This document shows positions 29,726-39,908 of a stretch of 64,000 bases of DNA, piece after piece. Origin of the DNA: an uncultured Spirochaetota bacterium (GTDB lineage: Bacteria; Spirochaetota; Spirochaetia; SZUA-6; Fen-1364). The position numbers and the translations under genes are program-made. The notes below the pieces were generated by a model. It ran no database searches, was not told the origin of the DNA, and worked only from the letters and a program-made list of their open reading frames with translations. Where the stretch lies: positions 672,001-736,000 of the forward strand of contig CAVTHO010000008.1 in the NCBI GenBank assembly GCA_963734545.1. The letters are read 5' to 3'. The stretch's first letter is position 1; each line of letters opens with the position of its first letter.

Positions 29726-30270
29726 GTTTCTCGCCTCCCTCGCAGCGGCCGCTGCTCGACGATCTCCCAGTACAGCTCCCGCCACCATGCGCCCCGGCCG
29801 AGCGGCGATTCGAAGCTCACCAGGACAAGGTCACTCGAGCTGAAAGCAACGGGCGCGATGACCGGGCGGATATTTTCCCTCTGATCGGGGGTCGCGTCGC
29901 CGCATCCCATGAAGAAGCCTTCACGTATCGGAAAGAGCCCGCTCGGCTCCACGCCGCAGCGCTCCCGCGCGCGCGTGCGGAGCGCTGCCCACGCGCCGCC
30001 CGACTCGATGCCCACGTACAGGTTTTCCTCCGCCCATTCACACCCGGCGGTGCGGATGCTCCAGGGCGCGCGGACCGACTCGTTCAGGCTTCCCAGGAGC
30101 CCGCGCGTGGGCGCCTCCGGGGACAGAAAAGCTACCGGAATCAGAGGAGGCACAGCCTGCGCCGAGGCAAGACCATACCGGGAAAAGATCTCCGCCTGGA
30201 GCCTGCCGAGAGCGGCTTCAACCGAGCCCGGGGCCGCAAGCGCGATCAGTCGAAAGCTCTCGATCGCCAC
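29722..30270 (-). CDS. Hypothetical protein
   Basis: 182-aa ORF coupled to neighbours (3-nt gap, ATGA overlap); faint 2H-phosphoesterase-like layout but no HxT motifs. Confidence 0.6.
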   Translation of the reverse strand: MAIESFRLIALAAPGSVEAALGRLQAEIFSRYGLASAQAVPPLIPVAFLSPEAPTRGLLGSLNESVRAPWSIRTAGCEWAEENLYVGIESGGAWAALRTRARERCGVEPSGLFPIREGFFMGCGDATPDQRENIRPVIAPVAFSSSDLVLVSFESPLGRGAWWRELYWEIVEQRPLRGRRET

Positions 30271-30273
30271 GGA

Positions 30274-31677
30274 TCAGCGGCTCCCCGGCAGCAGCACTCT
30301 GACCGTGGTTCCCATGCCCTCCTCGCTTTGGATGTCCAGAGTCCCCCCCATCGCCTCCACCTCGGACTTGACCACCGCGAGGCCGAGCCCGGTCCCCGCC
30401 TCTGTGAATGCACGGGCATTCGACGCCCGGAAGAACTCGTTGAAGAGCCGGGCCTGCTCAGCGGCAGGGATGCCGATGCCCTGATCGCTCACCACGAGCA
30501 GGGATCCCGCCACTCCTCGGGCCAGGGAGACGCTCACTTTCCCGTGGGGAGCGGAATACTTGATTGCATTGGACAACAGGTTGCCCAGGATCGACTTGAC
30601 CCCCTCGCGGGAACCCGGCACAGGGCAGGGATCGCATGGAGCGGCAATGACAAGATCGATCATCCTTTCCCGGGCCGCGGGCTGGAAGAAAGTCACCGCC
30701 TCCGCCAGCGCCGCGCAAAGGTCGACGCTCTCCGCTGCCGCCTCAGGGGCAGTTGCCGCCTGCTGCGCCCTGCCCCGGGCAAGCGCAAGGAGGTCGGCCA
30801 CCACCTCGGAGAGGCCGGCGGCCCGGGCGCGCATCCGTTCGATCTCTTCCTTCTGCCGGCTCGTGAGGTCTCCGAGATAGCCCTGAAGCAGATTCTGCGC
30901 CATGGATTGGATCACCCCCAGGGGCGACACCAGCTCGTGCGCCGCTTTGCGCAGAAACCATGATTTCGCTTCGTCAAGCTTCTTGAGGGAATCGTACACC
31001 GAGGCGTGCACGATCGACAAAACGGCAAGGTCTCCCAGGCGCGAGAGGAAGGAAAGCATTTCCGGGCTGAGCTTCCTGCCGATTTCCCCGTATACGCACA
31101 GGGCGCCGATCACTTTTCCTTCGTGCCGGAGGGGAACGCAGACGAGTGACTCTGTGCCGCTGTCCAGCTCGGGGAAGTCGCGAAGCGCGGCACCTTCCAC
31201 GAGCACCGGCCGCCCCTCCATGAGGCTGCGGGTCGCGATGCTTTCTGCCGTCTCCGCGCGCAGCTCGGAGACCTCGCGGCGCAGGCCCGCAAGGGAGCGG
31301 ACGCTCATCGTCTTTCCCCCCGGGTCAAGGAGCTTGATCGAGCAGCCGCGCACCCCGGTCACCTCCGTCGTGGACCGGGTAACCGCGTCCAGCACCTCCT
31401 GGAGAGCCAGGGAACTGCCGGCCTTTCCGATGATGCGGGAGACCGCCTCGAGCTGAAGGGCGAGGTTCTCGATCCGTCTCTTTCCGGGAAGCTCGCGGGC
31501 AAGGAGAACGCCGAGGCTGAAGGCCAGAACAAGACCGGCAAGGGCGAAGGGAAGCTCGGGCAGCGCGAATGCGCCAAGGCCGGCAGCCACCATGAGAACG
31601 AGACACCCTGTCAGGGGCGGGAGGAGGACGATCCACAACCTGCCCGGGCGGGCGCGGAGAAAAGCCTCCTCTCTCAT
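30274..31677 (-). CDS. Membrane GAF-domain sensor histidine kinase
   Basis: 2 TM, GAF, H-box AHELVSPL, N-box NLLSNAIKY, DQGIGI, FFRA, GTGLGL; true start at MREEAF (the longer ORF runs into the repeat). Confidence 0.92.
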   Translation of the reverse strand: MREEAFLRARPGRLWIVLLPPLTGCLVLMVAAGLGAFALPELPFALAGLVLAFSLGVLLARELPGKRRIENLALQLEAVSRIIGKAGSSLALQEVLDAVTRSTTEVTGVRGCSIKLLDPGGKTMSVRSLAGLRREVSELRAETAESIATRSLMEGRPVLVEGAALRDFPELDSGTESLVCVPLRHEGKVIGALCVYGEIGRKLSPEMLSFLSRLGDLAVLSIVHASVYDSLKKLDEAKSWFLRKAAHELVSPLGVIQSMAQNLLQGYLGDLTSRQKEEIERMRARAAGLSEVVADLLALARGRAQQAATAPEAAAESVDLCAALAEAVTFFQPAARERMIDLVIAAPCDPCPVPGSREGVKSILGNLLSNAIKYSAPHGKVSVSLARGVAGSLLVVSDQGIGIPAAEQARLFNEFFRASNARAFTEAGTGLGLAVVKSEVEAMGGTLDIQSEEGMGTTVRVLLPGSR

Positions 31678-31711
31678 GGCCTCACGATCGTACCACGGCA
31701 TAGACAGGGAA

Positions 31712-31953
31712 GCATAGGGCGGCAGGGCGGTCGCTCCTGGCGACATTCGCGGCTGCGGAGCAGACGCCGAGAGCCTCGAGGGCGAGCGAGCACAGGGACG
31801 TGTGCAAGCGAGCCCGTAGACAGGACGCATAGGGCGGCAGGGCGGTCGCTCCTGGCGACATTCGCGGCTGCGGAGCAGACGCCGAGAGCCTCGAGGGCGA
31901 GCGAGCACAGGGACGTGTGCAAGCGAGCCCGTAGACAGGACGCACAGGGCGGC
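31712..31953 (+). repeat. Tandem repeat: two identical 115-bp units plus a partial third; each unit = module B + module A
   Basis: Units 31712-31826 and 31827-31941 identical by inspection; partial 31942-31953; internal hairpins GTCGC/GCGAC, CTGC/GCAG, GCACA/TGTGC. Confidence 0.95.
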
Positions 31954-31977
31954 CCTCAAGAGCTAGGACGATTGAGC

Positions 31978-32006
31978 TTGCGGGCGCGCGGCGGGCCTGT
32001 TACAAT
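31978..32006 (+). promoter_or_regulatory. Extended -10 promoter, leaderless transcript
   Basis: TTGCGG, 17 nt, TGT-TACAAT, 6 nt to ATG 32013; no SD. Confidence 0.6.
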
Positions 32007-32012
32007 GCGCGC

Positions 32013-32795
32013 ATGAAACGAAAGGTGCACAGGATCGCGGGGAGCCTCGCGGAGCGGCTGTCGAAGCTGGAAGGCGTGCAGGCCGTCCTCCTCGGGGACG
32101 CCGCCGACATCGAAGTCTTCGATCCTTATTTCACGATCGACCTCGACGTCTATACGGCAGGAGCGCCTCCCGGCATGGAGGCGCGGAGCAGCCTCCTGCC
32201 CGACATGCAGGCTTTCGAGACCTCGCCCGTTGCGGCGATCGACCGCTTCCTCGTGGAAGAGCTGCCTGCCAGCGTGCACTATGTGCGGTCCGCGGATGTG
32301 GACAGGATGCTCCTGCGCATCGCGGAGCAGTCCTGGGTGTTCCATGAGCCCGGCACGAACGCGCTGTACAGAATCGAGCGCGGGGAAGTGCTCTTCAGCC
32401 GGGACGGCTGGCTGCAGGAGGCGCGGTCCGTGCTCGCGCACGTGCCGCACCAGTTCTGGTGGCAGGCCAGGCTGCGCGCGTTCTCCCTCGCCGAACGCGC
32501 CCTTTCCGACCTGGGCGCCGCCGCTCACAGGTCGGACGATCTTTTCTTCCTCGTCTCCGGCGCGCGCCTGATTCGCTGCGTGGCGAGTTTTCTGTTCGCC
32601 GCGAACCGGCAGTTCGAGCCTTCGGACAGGATGCTGTCGGAACGGATTGCCGCGCTGCCCGTGCTGCCGGACGGCCTCACCGGTCAGATGGACAGTTTCA
32701 TGAGGCCCATCGGGGAGCTCTCCCAGGACGCCCGCAGGGAGATCGCGGAGCACATCGTGCGCAGCCTCATGCCTCTGGCCGTGGAGGAGGGGTGA
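32013..32795 (+). CDS. DUF4037-like / nucleotidyltransferase-fold protein
   Basis: GVQAVLLG...DPYFTIDLDV (degenerate pol-beta NTase motif), C-terminal LFAANRQFEPSDR helical domain. Confidence 0.65.
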   Translation: MKRKVHRIAGSLAERLSKLEGVQAVLLGDAADIEVFDPYFTIDLDVYTAGAPPGMEARSSLLPDMQAFETSPVAAIDRFLVEELPASVHYVRSADVDRMLLRIAEQSWVFHEPGTNALYRIERGEVLFSRDGWLQEARSVLAHVPHQFWWQARLRAFSLAERALSDLGAAAHRSDDLFFLVSGARLIRCVASFLFAANRQFEPSDRMLSERIAALPVLPDGLTGQMDSFMRPIGELSQDARREIAEHIVRSLMPLAVEEG

Positions 32796-34426
32796 AGAGG
32801 GGGGCGCACGCCGGACTCCTGGCGGCCGTCGCTCTCCTGGTCCTTGGGTGCTCGGGGCGATTCGAAAGCTTCCCGTTCCAGACCTCGGAAGGCGTCTCGA
32901 TCGATCTGAGGGAGTCTCCGCCCAGGGCGCGGGAACAGGAGTCACACTTTCAGCCGACCCCTGGCCATCTCGACTCGCCTGTCTACAGTCTCCGGACTCC
33001 CGGAGTGATTCCCGTCGAAAACCAGTCGTTCCAGCTCGCGTACACGAGCAGCATAGCGGATTGCACTCTCCGCATCTTCTCCGACCGCGCCACCGTGCTG
33101 AAGAGCGTCGCGCTCCCTCCCTCCAGCGGCACCCTGCTGCGTTTCCTCGTTCCCCTTGCAAAAGGGGACAGAATCTGGGGGTTCCAGGTTTCCGAGGGCC
33201 CCGCGGGCACCGCACGGGGATCGCTTGACCTCGCAGGAGCAGGCACCGCTCCGTTCGTGCACGGATTCGCGATCACAAGCGATGGATTGACGGTGGACGG
33301 ATCCGTGGCGGTTCTTGCCGCAGCGCCGGGCGCCGTGTCGGCCCGGATCTCCGAGGCCACGAGAAAGCAGATGATGCAGGGCACCTGGGTGATCTCCCTG
33401 GCGCTCGATCCGGATTCCGCGGGGGGAAGGATAGGCTTTTCGTCCGCTGGCGGAAAGACCGCGAGTTTCAGCATAAGCCCCACGGCCGGACTCTCCCGGC
33501 TGGTCTTTGCGCAGGGATCGGTCGAATTCGTTCCCCGCGACGTGACCTTCGAGGGTTCTCTTCAGAGCCTGACGATCTCTCAGCTCCGCGCGGACGCCCC
33601 GATTCCCGCGGATCCAGGGGCTATCCTCACCTGGGATCGAGCCTCCTGGCGCAGGACGGACTTCGAAGTGTTCTCCTGGGATCGATTCCCGAGCGTCCTG
33701 ATCTTCGATACGGCGAGCTACGCGGTGCAGGACGACCTGTTCAACAGGCTTGCCTTTTTCGTCGAAAAGGCCGGGTACACCGGCGCCATCGAGAGCCCCG
33801 CTTCCCTGAGAGGAATCCACGGTTACAATGCGCACGACTACAGGGCCGACGACCTTGCCCGATTTTTCGATGCCGCTGCGAAGCAGGGCATCAGGTTGAC
33901 ACCGGGAGAGGAAGAGCTGGCCCGGCTCCTGGTGCAGAACGCGATTCTCAGGAAGACGGATGCCGGCTTTACCGCCGGAGAGGGATCGGTGATCTCCATC
34001 TCCCGAAGTTCTGCGCCGGTCCTTCGTAACCTCCTGATCACTCACGAATGCTTTCACGGCGCTTTTTTCACGCTTCCCGGGTTCCGCAGTGCAGTGCAGA
34101 GCGAGTGGGCCTCCCTCTCAGCTGTGGAAAAGCAGGTCTGGCTCGGTTTTCTGGCTTCCCGGGGCTACGACACCAGCGACAGCTACCTCGTGGTGAACGA
34201 ATTCCAGAGCTACCTCCTCCAGCAGGAGCGAAAAGCGGTCCCCGGTTTCCAGGCTCTCACCCTTTCCCGCATGCGCGCCGGGTCCGCCCGGGGGGCCGGC
34301 CTGGCGGCACGGCTCCTTGCCGAGCATCCCGATTCCTTCCTCAGATCATTCGACGTGCTCGACCAGGCCCTGCAATCCGAGGGAGGGCCTCCGGGAGGCG
34401 ATGCGATCGCTGTCAGGAGGGAATAA
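32792..34426 (+). CDS. Hypothetical lipoprotein with C-terminal HExxH (zincin-like) domain
   Basis: GTGA overlap, SD GGAGG, lipobox VLGC; RLAFFVEK, HGYNAHDY, THECFHG, NEFQSY. Confidence 0.7.
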   Translation: MKRGAHAGLLAAVALLVLGCSGRFESFPFQTSEGVSIDLRESPPRAREQESHFQPTPGHLDSPVYSLRTPGVIPVENQSFQLAYTSSIADCTLRIFSDRATVLKSVALPPSSGTLLRFLVPLAKGDRIWGFQVSEGPAGTARGSLDLAGAGTAPFVHGFAITSDGLTVDGSVAVLAAAPGAVSARISEATRKQMMQGTWVISLALDPDSAGGRIGFSSAGGKTASFSISPTAGLSRLVFAQGSVEFVPRDVTFEGSLQSLTISQLRADAPIPADPGAILTWDRASWRRTDFEVFSWDRFPSVLIFDTASYAVQDDLFNRLAFFVEKAGYTGAIESPASLRGIHGYNAHDYRADDLARFFDAAAKQGIRLTPGEEELARLLVQNAILRKTDAGFTAGEGSVISISRSSAPVLRNLLITHECFHGAFFTLPGFRSAVQSEWASLSAVEKQVWLGFLASRGYDTSDSYLVVNEFQSYLLQQERKAVPGFQALTLSRMRAGSARGAGLAARLLAEHPDSFLRSFDVLDQALQSEGGPPGGDAIAVRRE

Positions 34427-34438
34427 ATATTTTTCCAC

Positions 34439-34468
34439 TTGCCTTATCGGAGCCGTTTCCGTTACACT
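34439..34468 (+). promoter_or_regulatory. Putative sigma70 promoter of nrdJ
   Basis: TTGCCT, 18 nt, TACACT; SD GGAGG before ATG 34507. Confidence 0.45.
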
Positions 34469-34506
34469 AGTTATTCGTCTCGTCGAATTTCCAGGGGAGG
34501 GGAACT

Positions 34507-37500
34507 ATGGAGATCCAGAGGCGCTTCACCCGATCCGGGGAAAGCCCATATTCCGATATAGCCTTTGAAACGCGAACGTCCGAGATTCGCAATCCTGACG
34601 GAAAGGTCATATTCCGCCAGGAGAATGTCGTCGTTCCCTCGTTCTGGTCGCAGATAGCGACCGATATCCTTGCCCAGAAATACTTCCGCAAACGAGGCGT
34701 GCCCCGCCCGGACGGCACCACGGGCGGGGAGACGGACGCGCGCCAGGTGTTCCACAGGCTCGCGTTCACATGGACGGACTGGGGAAGGAGATACAAGTAC
34801 TTCACCACGGAGGAAGACGCCCAGGCTTTCTACGACGAGATGTGCTGCATGCTCGCCCGGCAGATGGGCTCGCCCAACTCGCCCGCAATGGTTCAATACC
34901 GGCCTGTTCGCCGTCTATGGGATGAAAGGCCCGGCCCAGGGCCACTACTTCGTGAATCCCGACACGGCTGAAGTGGAGAAGGCCACCAGCGCGTACGAGC
35001 GGCCGCAACCGCACGCGTGTCAGCCCTTCCACGCTCCCGTCTCGACACCATTCGGTCCGGTCGCGATCGGCTCTATCGTCGAAGGCGGTCTCGTCGGCCT
35101 TGAGGTATTCGACGGAACGCACGGTGGGCGAGGCACGACCAGGGTAGTTGCGGTTGCTGAAAATGGCGTCAAGCCGGTCTTCCGGGTCATTTTGAAAAAC
35201 GGTGCAGCCCTCGAGGCCACGGGCGATCATCTTGTGCTCGCATCCCATGGGCGTCGTGAGGAACCGCGCTGGGTCCCAGTGGAGGAGCTTTCCGCCGGAA
35301 TGCGGTTGCGAATGGCCACCGCAAGCGAAGTGAGGGATCAGGAGGAAGCAGACCAGGGTCGTTCGGACGAAGCCGCCCTCGTCGGGTGGCTTCACGGGGA
35401 CGGTTTTGTCGGACAATACGAGTCATCTACCAACCGCAGCCTGTACGGTGAGCCTCTCCGCGGATTCGTCGATCGCCATCATCTGCTGGATTCTCCAGCA
35501 GAACGAACCCTTCGAGAGGAGACTATTCTTCGCCTCGAGTTCGCCGGGCTGCAGCAGGTCTATGACATCCAGACCCTGAGCGGCCAATACCTTTCGAACA
35601 ACATCGTCGTGCACAACTGTTTCATCCTCTCCATCGAGGACGACCTGGTGAACGAGGGCGGGATCATGGACCTCATCACCCGGGAGGCGCGCCTGTTCAA
35701 GTACGGCTCGGGCACGGGGACCAACTACTCGAAGCTCGCGCCTCCAGCGAGCCGCTGTCGCGGCGGAGGTGTGTCCTCGGGACTCCTGTCGTTCCTCAAG
35801 GTGAGCGACCGCTCGGCCTCCTCGATCAAGAGCGGCGGCACCACGCGCCGCGCGGCCCGCATGGTGACCCTGGACGCGGATCACCCCGACGTCTTCCGCT
35901 ACATCGACTGGAAGGCCGAGGAGGAGCGAAAGGTCGCCGCCATGGTCACCGGCAGCAAGATCCTGCAGCCGGCACACGAAGCGCATCCTGGAAGCCTGCC
36001 GGCATCATCCCGAGAACGGCGGGAGCGCGGACGGGGCCGCGGACCTCGATCCCCGCAAGAACAAGGAACTGGAGCGCGCCGTACGCGAGGCCCTCCAGGA
36101 CGAGGTGCCCGCCTCCTGGGTGCACCAGGTGATCCAGCTCGCCGAGCAGGGCGTCTGGGACTTCGAGCCGGAGGAGTACACGACGGACTGGGACAGCGAG
36201 GCGTACAACACGGTGAGCGGCCAGTCGTCCAACAACTCGCTGCGCCTCACCGACACCTTCATGCAGGCGGTGCTGGACGACGGCTGGTGGGAGCTGGTCA
36301 ACCGCACGGACAGCAAGACCCGCCAGAAGGTGAAGGCGCGGGAGATCTGGGAGCGGATCGCCACCGCCGCGTGGCTGTGCGCGGACCCCGGGCTGCAGTT
36401 CCACACCACGATCAACGACTGGCACACCTGTCCCGCAGGACGGCGAGATCCGCGCGTCCAATCCCTGCTCCGAGTACATGTTCCTCGACGACACGGCGTG
36501 CAACCTCGCCTCGCTCAACCTCATGACCTTCTACGACGACGGAGACGGGGGAGATCCGCATCGACGAGCTGCGCCACGCCATCCGGCTCTGGACCATCGT
36601 GCTGGAGATCAGCGTGCTCATGGCCCAGTTCCCCGCGCCAGGAGATCGCGCGCAAGAGCTACGACTTCCGCACCCTCGGGCTCGGGCTACGCCAACCTCG
36701 GCACCCTGCTCATGGTCATGGGCATCCCGTACGACAGCGCGGAAGGCCGGGCCATCGCGGCCGCCATCTCCGCCATCCTCTCCGCGGAGGCATACGCCAC
36801 CTCGGCGGAGATGGCCTCCGAGCTGGGACCCTTCCCGCGGTTCACGGCGAACCGGGACGACATGCTGCGCGTCATCCGCAACCACGGCCGGGCCGCCTAC
36901 GGCGCGGCCCCGGAGGAATACGAGGGCCTCTCCGTGATCCCGCAGCCCATCGATGCGCTGTTCTGCCCGCCGGACCTGATGGCCGCGGCGCGCCGGGCAT
37001 GGGACCGGGCGCTCGCCCTGGGGGAGAAGTACGGCTATCGCAACGCGCAGGTCACCGCCATCGCGCCCACGGGCACGATCGGCCTCGTCATGGACTGCGA
37101 CACGACGGGCGTGGAGCCGGACTTCAGCCTCGTGAAGTTCAAGAAGCTCGCCGGCGGCGGGTACTTCAAGATCATCAACTCCTCCCTGCCTCCCGCGCTC
37201 CGCAGGCTCGGCTACACGGAGGAGCAGATCGAGGACATCGTGCGCTACTGCCTCGGCCACGGCACCCTGGACGGCGCCCCCGGTGTCTCCTTCGAGAAGG
37301 CTGCGGCACAAAGGGATTCACCGATGAGGCCATCGAGAAGGTGAACGGCTCCCTGGCCAACGCGTTCTCCACCGCTTTCTCCTTCACGCCCCACGTCCTG
37401 GGAAAGGAGTTCCTCTGCCGACACGCTGGGCATTCCCGGAAACCGACCTATCTCCCAGACCGGCTTCAACCTGCTCTCCCACCTCGGCTTCACCGCAGCG

Positions 37501-38515
37501 GAGATCGAAGCGGCGGACCTGTACGCGTGCGGCACCATGACCATCGAGGGCGCCCCGCACCTGAAGCCCGAGCACTACGCGGTCTTCGACACCGCCTCTC
37601 CCAACGGAAAGATCGGCAAGCGCTCCATCCCTGGAAAGCCCACATCGAGATGATGGCCGCGGTGCAGCCGTTCATCTCCGGGGCCATCTCCAAGACCATC
37701 AACATGCCGTCCTCCGCCACCATCGACGACATCAAGGGCGCCTACCTTCTGTCGTGGAGGAAGATGCTCAAGTCCATCGCCCTGTACCGGGACGGGTCCA
37801 AGCTGAGCCAGCCGCTGTCCTCCCTCATGCCGGGCTCGGACGCCGCGGCGGCCGCCGTGCTCGCCATCGCGAAGGACACCGGGGACGAGGGTATCGGCCT
37901 GGCGCTGTCCCCGACGGCGCGCGGCAAGAAGCGCAACCCGCTGCCGGCCAAGCGCTTCGGCTACACGCAGAAGGCGAAGATCGGCGGCCACAGCATCTTC
38001 CTGCGCACCGGCCAGTACGAGGACGGGACCGCTGGGGGAGATCTTCCTCGACATGCACAAGGAGGGCGCGGCCTTCCGCTCCCTGCTCAACAGCTTCGCC
38101 ATCGCCGTCTCCCTGGGCCTGCAGTACGGCGTGCCCCTGGAGGAGTACGTGGACGCGTTCACCTTCACGCGCTTCGAGCCCAACGGCATGGTGAGCGGCC
38201 ACGACCACATCAAGATGACCACCTCGGTGCTGGACTTCATCTTCCGGGACCTCGCACTCGCGTACCTGGGCAGGACCGACCTCGTGCAGGTGAAGCCGGA
38301 CGATCTGATCGCCACTTCCATGAACAGGAACGGAAGCGCCGCACCACGAGAACAACGGCCACGGCGAAGTGGCGGCGCTGGACAACGAGGTGCACGTGGC
38401 AAAGATGAAGGGCTACGAGGGGGATCCCTGCCCCGTCTGCGGCCACTTCACCCTCGTGCGCAGCGGCACCTGCATGCGCTGCGACACCTGCGGATCCACG
38501 ACGGGCTGCAGCTAG
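34507..38515 (+). CDS. nrdJ: Vitamin B12-dependent (class II) ribonucleotide reductase, intein-containing; many frameshifts
   Basis: [80 protein letters not shown]-like domain, C-terminal Cys ribbon ending GSTTGCS*. Confidence 0.96.
35018..35617 (+). mobile_element. Mini-intein (200 aa) in NrdJ with LAGLIDADG remnant
   Basis: In-frame insert between QPHA and CFI; block A CQPFHAPV, block B ATGDH, block C remnant LVGWLHGDG, block F VYDIQT, block G VVHN followed by Cys+1. Confidence 0.95.
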
Positions 38516-38585
38516 AATACCGGGAGGCGCTGCGGCCGGTCTGGGCCCGCCGCGGCATCTCGCAGGGTCCCGGTCTGCCCTGCGC

Positions 38586-38614
38586 TTGCGCGGCCAGCCC
38601 TGTTTGGTTATCTT
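38586..38614 (+). promoter_or_regulatory. Putative promoter (leaderless) of the acyltransferase gene
   Basis: TTGCGC, 17 nt, TATCTT, 8 nt to ATG 38623; no SD. Confidence 0.5.
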
Positions 38615-38622
38615 GTCACTCG

Positions 38623-39908
38623 ATGGCCGAGACGAACGCTCCCGCGCTGGGCCTTCGCAAGCCGCGGCTTGTGAACCGTATCTTCTACAGGCTCATGACC
38701 GGCCTCCTCCGAGGGTTCATCACGCGCTATTTCCAGCTGCACCCGGTGGACGTGCGGACGGTCCCTCGGTCGGGGGCAGGAATCATCCTCGCCAACCACA
38801 CGAACCTTTTCGATCCTATCTGGGTCTACGCCCTGTTGCGGAGGCCCGTCTACTTCGCGGCCACGGAAGACCTCTTTCGCATCCGCGCGCTGGGAATGAT
38901 CATCCGGTGGTTCGGCGCATTCCCCAAGCGCAAGGCCGCTTCCGACCTTGCCGCGCTGCGCTCGATTTTTGCCATCGCGGCAAAGGGCGGCCTCATCGGG
39001 GTATTTCCCGAGGGGGTGCGCACGTGGGACGGGACCAACCTGCCGCTGTACTACGGCATCGCCAAGCTCATCAGGAAGCTGGCGGTACCTGTCTATGTCT
39101 GCCGTTTTGAAGGCGCTTATCTCGCCTACCCGCGCTGGGCCCGCAAGCTGCGACACGTGCCTGTGCGGTGCGTGTTTTCGCTCCTGTACGATCCCGCGGA
39201 GAATGCCTCCGGGCGCGGGCAATTCCCCGCAGCGACGACCGGATCCTTGCTGACATCGCGGAAGCAATAAAAACAAATGACTTCGATCTCCCTGTCGATT
39301 CTTCACGCAACCACCAGAAGGGGCTCGCCGTCAATATCACGCGGGTGCTGTACCGATGTCCCACCTGCGGCACGCAGGAGGGGCTGAAGCTCGTGCGGCC
39401 GTTCAGCACGAACATGATCGAATGCTCGAGCTGTTTTTCCACGTGGGTAGTCGACATCGGCTGCCGGCTTGCCCTGGTGGACGAGAATGGCCGGGCCGAA
39501 GGCGGGTGGACGCCGCTGCCCGAGTATTACCACAAGATCCGCTGCATGCCGCTGAACCCCATCCGGAGCGAGGTACGTCTCGGGCTTTCCGCGGACGAGC
39601 AGATCTACCTGATCTCCCGTCCGCGTTTCCTCTTCATCCAGGAGAAGTTCCCCAATCTCCGGGTTTTCGCATTTGGCCGCGCATTCCTGACGAGCCGACG
39701 GCTGGTATTCCGCACCCGGATCGGCATCCCCCTTGCCGCGCCGCTGCGCACCATTGCGGCGCTGTCGGTTGACCCGGGGGACAAGCTGCATTTCACCTGC
39801 GGCGGCAAGCTCTACCGCATTCCCTTCCGCAACGAAAGCGCGCTCAAGTGGTACGACACGATTCACAGGCTCCAGGACGAGGAGAAAAGCAGGGTGGCGG
39901 TCGGGTGA
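38623..39908 (+). CDS. plsC: 1-acyl-sn-glycerol-3-phosphate acyltransferase family with Zn-ribbon C-terminal extension; frameshift near 39205-39230
   Basis: NHTNLFD (HxxxxD), FPEGVRT, YPRWA; C-part CPTC...CSSC. Confidence 0.82.

Noticed and set aside
31712-31953. Possible CRISPR array
   Set aside because: Units are 115 bp and fully identical, with no unique spacers and no cas genes in the window
31678-31959. 94-aa N-terminal extension of the histidine kinase in the ORF track
   Set aside because: It is translation through the non-coding tandem repeat; a -10 box and ATG at 31677 mark the likelier start
34462-34478. NrdR box upstream of nrdJ
   Set aside because: ACACTAGTTATTCGT only loosely fits the NrdR consensus, has no tandem partner, and overlaps the likely -10 element
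34507-38515. nrdJ as several separate genes or a split RNR
   Set aside because: The fragments join colinearly into one NrdJ through single-base shifts, with no internal RBS or intergenic gaps
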